Part shown: piece after piece, positions 59,367 to 64,000 of the stretch
Layout: each line of letters opens with the position of its first letter
Numbering within the stretch: the stretch's first letter is position 1
Source: a virus
Reading direction: 5' to 3' (one strand)
Virus record (IMG/VR): IMGVR_UViG_3300017917_004176
Location: 28,172-92,171 of that record
Length of the DNA stretch: 64,000 nucleotides
Notes under the pieces: model-generated
Database searches by the model: none
What the model was told of the DNA's origin: nothing
What the model saw: only the letters and a program-made list of their open reading frames with translations
Program-made: the position numbers and the translations under genes

Positions 59367-60417
59367 CGACCTCATCCTCTCCTCTTAATTCAGAGTACTC
59401 GGTCCAGTCATCGTCAGTTAGTTCTTCTTCATAGGTTTCAGATTCTCGTTCCATTTCTATTTGCATTTGTTTAATAGCTGAATCTATTAGAGTTCCAAGA
59501 TTAAGTTCAGTTTTAACTAAGCGCTCAACATATTGTGAAATGTCTTTTATGGTGAGATCAACTATATCTTGATCTTCTTCTCTATGGTATCTAGGAATAA
59601 AACCCTCTTCTTCACAAAGACGGACCATTTCTCCAATTGAATCAATAAAGTCTTCACTTTCTGCTTTGTTTTGCGCTGCTGTAAATTTAGCAGAACGCAT
59701 CAAACTGTCATAACTTTTACTCAATTTACTAAAACCCTCAATGTCGCCTATGTCGATAGCTTGATTCATCTTGAGCGATGTTTTACAAATCATTTTTAAA
59801 TAGTCTTCGTGCGAGGCAGTTTGAATATCATAGCTTTCATGCATCTGATTATAAAACTGCTCGAGGATTAACCATTCTTCTTCTTTATAAAGCTTGCCCC
59901 ATTTGAGTGTAAGCATTTCTTTTTCTTCTCGACTTAACATTGAACCAAAGTCAAATATATGCTTCATATCCAGACTGCTTTGTTCTTCTGCTTGTTCTTC
60001 TGAAGCGCCTTCTGATATTAAAGCCTTCTTGTATCTATTTTGATGATCTTCTTCCATTTGCTTTAATCGACGCAGTTTTTCGTTATATTCTTCAATAATA
60101 CGATCAGTATCATCCCAGACGTATTGTGAGAACTGTTTAAGCTTCATTTTGGCCAAATAACGGCCGATAATAGTAGTGCCTTTAAGAGTACCAGGGTCAT
60201 TACCATAACGCTCTACGAGGGCTTCCCATTCTTCTGGGATGAATGGCACATCAACTTCTTGCAAAATATGATAAACAGTTGATGGTTCGTGTGGGTTTAT
60301 ATGCATGGTTAAACATTTTTTGCAAGTAATCATTAGCTGACCACTTTTATCTTGGTAAAAGTTTTCTGCTCGCATGTCGCGTTTACATTTCACGCAACTA
60401 TGTAAATCTTCTCTCAT
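59353..60417 (-). CDS. Zn-finger protein upstream of terL (possible small terminase)
   Basis: CVKC...CKKC, helical C-terminus; overlaps terL start. Confidence 0.55.
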   Translation of the reverse strand: MREDLHSCVKCKRDMRAENFYQDKSGQLMITCKKCLTMHINPHEPSTVYHILQEVDVPFIPEEWEALVERYGNDPGTLKGTTIIGRYLAKMKLKQFSQYVWDDTDRIIEEYNEKLRRLKQMEEDHQNRYKKALISEGASEEQAEEQSSLDMKHIFDFGSMLSREEKEMLTLKWGKLYKEEEWLILEQFYNQMHESYDIQTASHEDYLKMICKTSLKMNQAIDIGDIEGFSKLSKSYDSLMRSAKFTAAQNKAESEDFIDSIGEMVRLCEEEGFIPRYHREEDQDIVDLTIKDISQYVERLVKTELNLGTLIDSAIKQMQIEMERESETYEEELTDDDWTEYSELRGEDEVDGTK

Positions 60418-60428
60418 CTGCGCACCTC

Positions 60429-61424
60429 CTATTTATTTCGGCATTCTTTGCAAATAGAGTAGAAGCCATATTGTGCTGTCTTGTTAGTTGTAAAATATCT
60501 TGTATGAGCTAATTTAGTTTGACCACAGCGAGAACATGTTTTATAATTACCTTTCATCTTGTAAGTGTAAACCCAATTGAGCCAATCTTCTTTAAAACCA
60601 TCTGCGATTAAATATGGAATTTTGTTGCACCACAGCGAAGATATATATTCGTGACTATGGCGTCGCCCATACTTATCTTCTATCTCTTGCTGAATCTGAT
60701 TGTTTGTGTAGCCATCAGCTTTCATTACTAATAAATCGTAGTAAAGAGGATATTGATCTTTGATGTATTTATCAATAATGTTTTCTAGGTCAATTAAGGC
60801 CCAGCGCATATCTTCATTAAGCTTGTCCCAGAAGTGTTGTTTCAATTTTGAATAATTATTTAAAATTTGAAATACATGCTTAGGGTCATCGAAGCGAAGA
60901 TCGGATAGGGTGTCGTCATTTTTTTGTATACCAAGCTTGGCCGATGATGATGGGTATACAGGTTGGCGATAAAGGTTTCGCAGAGTATATTGTTCTTTGC
61001 GCATTTCAATAATCATTTTCTTTAGACGATATTTTTGTGCACCGTGCGCATCTTGTAGCAATCCCTCTAGTCGTTCAATGTTGTGACGCAAAGCTCCGAG
61101 ATCAGGAACTTCATTTAAGTCTTTTGTTGAGATAGATGTTTTATGCGTTAGAATCATATTTTTATCTGAGCGCATTAAGTTATGAAGTGAATCTTCTCCA
61201 CCTTCTAATTTTTCACTGAGGCCTTGGTAGCTTGTTTCGCGTTTATTGATAGTGACCATTCGGTTTTCAGTTAAGATGTCATTTTCATGTTTTTCAATAG
61301 CATAGATAAGATAGTTGGCGAGTTTTTCAAGTTCGCGCGGGGTCCAGTCGTCTTTTTGGGCGATGAGGGCCTCTACTATTTGTTTACGCTCTTGAGGGTC
61401 TTTTATAGTATAATCGAGCTTCAT
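60429..61424 (-). CDS. HTH + Zn-finger protein (possible transcription regulator)
   Basis: GYTNNQIQQEI...HEYISSLW HTH-like segment; CSRC...CKEC. Confidence 0.55.
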   Translation of the reverse strand: MKLDYTIKDPQERKQIVEALIAQKDDWTPRELEKLANYLIYAIEKHENDILTENRMVTINKRETSYQGLSEKLEGGEDSLHNLMRSDKNMILTHKTSISTKDLNEVPDLGALRHNIERLEGLLQDAHGAQKYRLKKMIIEMRKEQYTLRNLYRQPVYPSSSAKLGIQKNDDTLSDLRFDDPKHVFQILNNYSKLKQHFWDKLNEDMRWALIDLENIIDKYIKDQYPLYYDLLVMKADGYTNNQIQQEIEDKYGRRHSHEYISSLWCNKIPYLIADGFKEDWLNWVYTYKMKGNYKTCSRCGQTKLAHTRYFTTNKTAQYGFYSICKECRNK

Positions 61425-61445
61425 GTGCAGCCTCCTTCATAATTT

Positions 61446-61474
61446 ATTATAACATATTTCTCGGCGTTTGTCAA
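61446..61474 (-). promoter_or_regulatory. Sigma-A consensus promoter
   Basis: TTGACA-17-TATAAT with TG on minus strand. Confidence 0.85.
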
Positions 61475-61674
61475 GAGGGAAGTGAAAATTAGTTGGGGCG
61501 TCGAAGTTAGTGTGATACTTTGTATTTTTTAAAAATCCTGCGTTACAATCCCGAAACATACCCCCCGCCAATATCTATGATACACTATCCCCCTATTCCG
61601 AATAAACTGTGCTATTATATATTATTATAATAACTAGTAGATTAGACATAAGAAATAGCACTTACTTCGGAAAC

Positions 61675-61753
61675 ACTAAGATATAATAGCTCATACTAAG
61701 ATATAATAGGCGCTGCTTTGGCAGACACTAAGATATAATCGCTCGCACTAAGA
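61675..61753. repeat. Phased direct repeats ACTAAGATATAAT (iteron-like)
   Basis: Copies at 61675, 61695, 61727 and partial at 61747. Confidence 0.85.
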
Positions 61754-61808
61754 AAACTTATAAGCTATGCAAAAGAATAAGAAAATATATAAGACATAAA
61801 AGACAGTT

Positions 61809-61837
61809 CCCGCTCCCGCTCCCGAGTTCCCGCTCCC
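61809..61837 (-). repeat. GGGAGC repeats, G-quadruplex-type tract
   Basis: Five CCC runs on + strand at 61809, 61815, 61821, 61829, 61835; shorter copy at 62185-62198. Confidence 0.7.
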
Positions 61838-61875
61838 TGTGTTGTGAAGATATTATGTTTGGTGTTCGCGCTGCC

Positions 61876-62431
61876 CTTCGCTATTCGTCAAATGAGCTGT
61901 ACGCTCATTTGCTCTAGCTCGGACTCTTTCGTCGCTTTCGCTTATAAAGATTGTCTGTCGACAACTTTATAGCTCTATCTCCTCAATCGTGCGTTCGCTC
62001 GTTAGGTAAATGAGATTGATTGCCATCAACTCATTAACTAACTCGCTCTCTTTCCTCATTCGCTAGGTAAATGAGATTGATTGTCATCAACTCATTAACT
62101 AGCTCATTCGTTTGCAGCGCTCATATACGCTTCCTCGCACAAATAAGTCTCGTTATCACGTCGCTTAATTGTGCTCGGGCTGTTCCCGCTCCCGCTCCGC
62201 AAAAGCCTCGCGTTAATAAGTCTCGCTATCGCGTCGCTTAATAACGCTCGTTCGCTCACTCGGCAAATGAGACTGCCTGCTCATTTGCTCGTTCGCTGGT
62301 GCGCTCGAAGTAAATAAGTCTCGTTGTCACTTCGCTTAATTACTTCTCGCTCTGCGTTCGTGTTAATAAGTCTCGTTATCACTTCGCTTAATAACACTCA
62401 CTTGACCTTTTGCTTCGCGGTCGAAGGTCAA
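61876..62431 (-). repeat. Array of about 10 imperfect hairpins in three families
   Basis: Inverted repeats at 61889-911, 61940-973, 62001-042, 62062-103, 62137-174, 62210-247, 62263-288, 62307-346, 62360-397, 62402-431. Confidence 0.9.
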
Positions 62432-62806
62432 AAGCAAAAGACTAAAAGCATAAGGTCAAAAGCATCTAAACCCTTTTTTAAAACCTTTAAAACCTTTAAA
62501 GGAAAGCGCTCCGCGCCCTCCATTTTTGTCCCTCCATGTATGGACGCGTCGGAAACCTTTTGGCAATTTTTGGAAAAAATAAGCGCCAAAAAAAAGATCA
62601 AAAATACGAACACGCGTTCCCATAATTTTTTTTTGGTAATTTTTGGAAAAAACGGCGCGCAAGGGGCGCGAATTTCACACGCGAACACGCGTTCGCATAA
62701 CCTATTCAATTTTTTGACGGGGTTATGTGGTATTATTTATTCATAGGATAGCAAGACAAGGCAAGGCGTAACCCTATCAAAAAAACGGATAGGTTAAAAC
62801 TTTTAC

Positions 62807-62835
62807 TTGCAAATTGTCAAATTATCCTATACAAT
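62807..62835 (+). promoter_or_regulatory. Early promoter
   Basis: TTGCAA-17-TACAAT; same form at 63193-63221. Confidence 0.7.
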
Positions 62836-62874
62836 AAGAGTATAAAATAAAACAAAAAAAAGGGGTTATGAAAA

Positions 62875-63156
62875 ATGTTTAAGACAATTCTACTCAATGA
62901 TGAAATGATAGAAAAAAGTTACATTTCATTGGGTCGCGAGTTTAAGCAACAAATTGTAAATGATGAAAAACACGCGCTGAATATAGCGCGCAAGTTAGCA
63001 AGTAAAGGCTTGGAATACAAAAAAAGTCTTAATTTTTCAAGTGGTATATACTATGTATACTTTACAAATTATACCCTAGTACTTATACCACGGCGCGTAA
63101 AATTGGCAGTATATGGAAATCTGCTAAGCGCTGATATAAAATGGAAAAACGCATAA
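62875..63156 (+). CDS. Small hypothetical early protein
   Basis: 93 aa; conserved leader AAAAAGGGGTTATGAAAAATG. Confidence 0.7.
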   Translation: MFKTILLNDEMIEKSYISLGREFKQQIVNDEKHALNIARKLASKGLEYKKSLNFSSGIYYVYFTNYTLVLIPRRVKLAVYGNLLSADIKWKNA

Positions 63157-63169
63157 CCTATGCAAAAAA

Positions 63170-63221
63170 TTGCAAGGGTACAAAAAATACCCTTGCAAGT
63201 TTTGAAATAATCGTTTACAAT
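63170..63221 (+). promoter_or_regulatory. Hairpin overlapping early promoter
   Basis: TTGCAAGGGTA/TACCCTTGCAA; the right arm is the -35 of TTGCAA-17-TACAAT. Confidence 0.7.
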
Positions 63222-63258
63222 AGTAATATAAAATAAAACAAAAAAGGGGTTATGAAAA

Positions 63259-63513
63259 ATGGAAAAAAGAAAAATAGTAAACTTGATAGGGGTACTTGGT
63301 AAAATTGAATTGACAGATATAAGCGACATGTCATTTAATTGTACTCTTGAAAAAATGGATGAACTGAAAAAAGTACTTGATGCGCTAGAAGTCAAATATC
63401 AATATAGCGCAAATAAAAGCAAGTATAACGAACTAAATACTCAACATGTATTAAGAATAGCGCCAAATGATGAACTTGGTTATATAGCAATATTCAGTTA
63501 CGAACAAAAATAA
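63259..63513 (+). CDS. Small hypothetical early protein
   Basis: 84 aa; same leader. Confidence 0.7.
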   Translation: MEKRKIVNLIGVLGKIELTDISDMSFNCTLEKMDELKKVLDALEVKYQYSANKSKYNELNTQHVLRIAPNDELGYIAIFSYEQK

Positions 63514-63578
63514 GCGCAAGGGCGCAAGCCCTTGCAAGTTTTACCAAAAATAAAAAATAAAAAAAGGGGTTATGAAAA

Positions 63579-63779
63579 ATGTTGTATAAATTAATCTATG
63601 AATACGAAAATAAAAATATTGAAAAATACTTTTGTATCTTGCAACATGAAAATATACTATATGGAAAAATGCATGATATGAAAAAACGCGATAGACAAGA
63701 AATACAAATACAACTTGATGAAAATAAAAGTTTTGAATTACAAGTCAATGAATTAAAACTAAAATTATTTTCACTATAA
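63579..63779 (+). CDS. Small hypothetical early protein
   Basis: 66 aa; same leader. Confidence 0.65.
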   Translation: MLYKLIYEYENKNIEKYFCILQHENILYGKMHDMKKRDRQEIQIQLDENKSFELQVNELKLKLFSL

Positions 63780-63784
63780 AAAAT

Positions 63785-63815
63785 AAAAGGGGTAAAAAAA
63801 TACCCCTTTTTTTTT
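63785..63815 (+). terminator. Rho-independent terminator
   Basis: AAAAGGGGTA/TACCCCTTTT plus T run. Confidence 0.8.
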
Positions 63816-64000
63816 ATGTAAAAAATTTTTTCAAAAAATAAAAAAGTTGGCTCGCCATGTTTGGCCGCACATGAGACTTTCTCGGAGATTTTAGAAAAAC
63901 CGAGAGCGCGAAAAACTGCGCAAAAAAATTTTTTCAAAATCACAAAAATAAAATTCGCAAAAAATAAAAAAATAAAAAACGAAAAATAAAAATCGCAAAA

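Noticed and set aside
62137-62397. CRISPR mini-array (four similar ~24-nt repeats)
   Set aside because: Periods are irregular (73, 97, 53 nt), the intervening DNA is itself repetitive and structured, flanks covary as stems, and no cas genes are present.
62324-62746. ORFs 62324-62746(+), 62428-62709(-), 62456-62662(-)
   Set aside because: No RBS, low-complexity translations, and they overlap the hairpin/A-tract region.
1-64000. Stop-codon reassignment
   Set aside because: Conserved genes are full length under code 11, and TAA, TAG and TGA all terminate genes.
1-64000. tRNA or rRNA genes
   Set aside because: No cloverleaf or T-loop (GTTCGA) context seen in the intergenic regions. tRNAscan-SE would be the formal check.

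Overview
The window is a 64 kb, AT-rich segment of a large tailed phage. It is probably a siphovirus (tape measure and tail tube present, no sheath seen) with a Bacillaceae-like host, inferred from Bacillus-type qcrBC, YflJ-, YozD- and BhlA-like genes and consensus sigma-A promoters. The + strand (1-24310) starts with a host-derived metabolic island: class II RNR end, FAD oxidoreductase, glyA, ferritin, thioredoxin, BMP lipoprotein and cytochrome bc subunits qcrB/qcrC without qcrA. It continues with a self-sufficient replication module (SSB-like, Sak4-like ATPase, DnaB, primase, RecJ, RecD-like helicase, DnaE, Gmk, dUTPase, RuvC) that has two holins and speD embedded in it. The - strand (24332-61424) holds the complete morphogenesis operon from terminase to tail fibres. 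The non-coding divergence region (61425-62874) has phased iteron-like repeats, a G-quadruplex-type tract and about 10 hairpins. These hairpins show compensatory changes, tandem G-A pairs and GNNA loops, which suggests a folded single-stranded DNA element on the minus strand. Small cassette-like early genes with identical leaders follow (62875-63779). The two best candidates for novelty are the structured-DNA locus and the phage-encoded respiratory cytochrome bc subunits. All family assignments come from motif recognition, not database searches.
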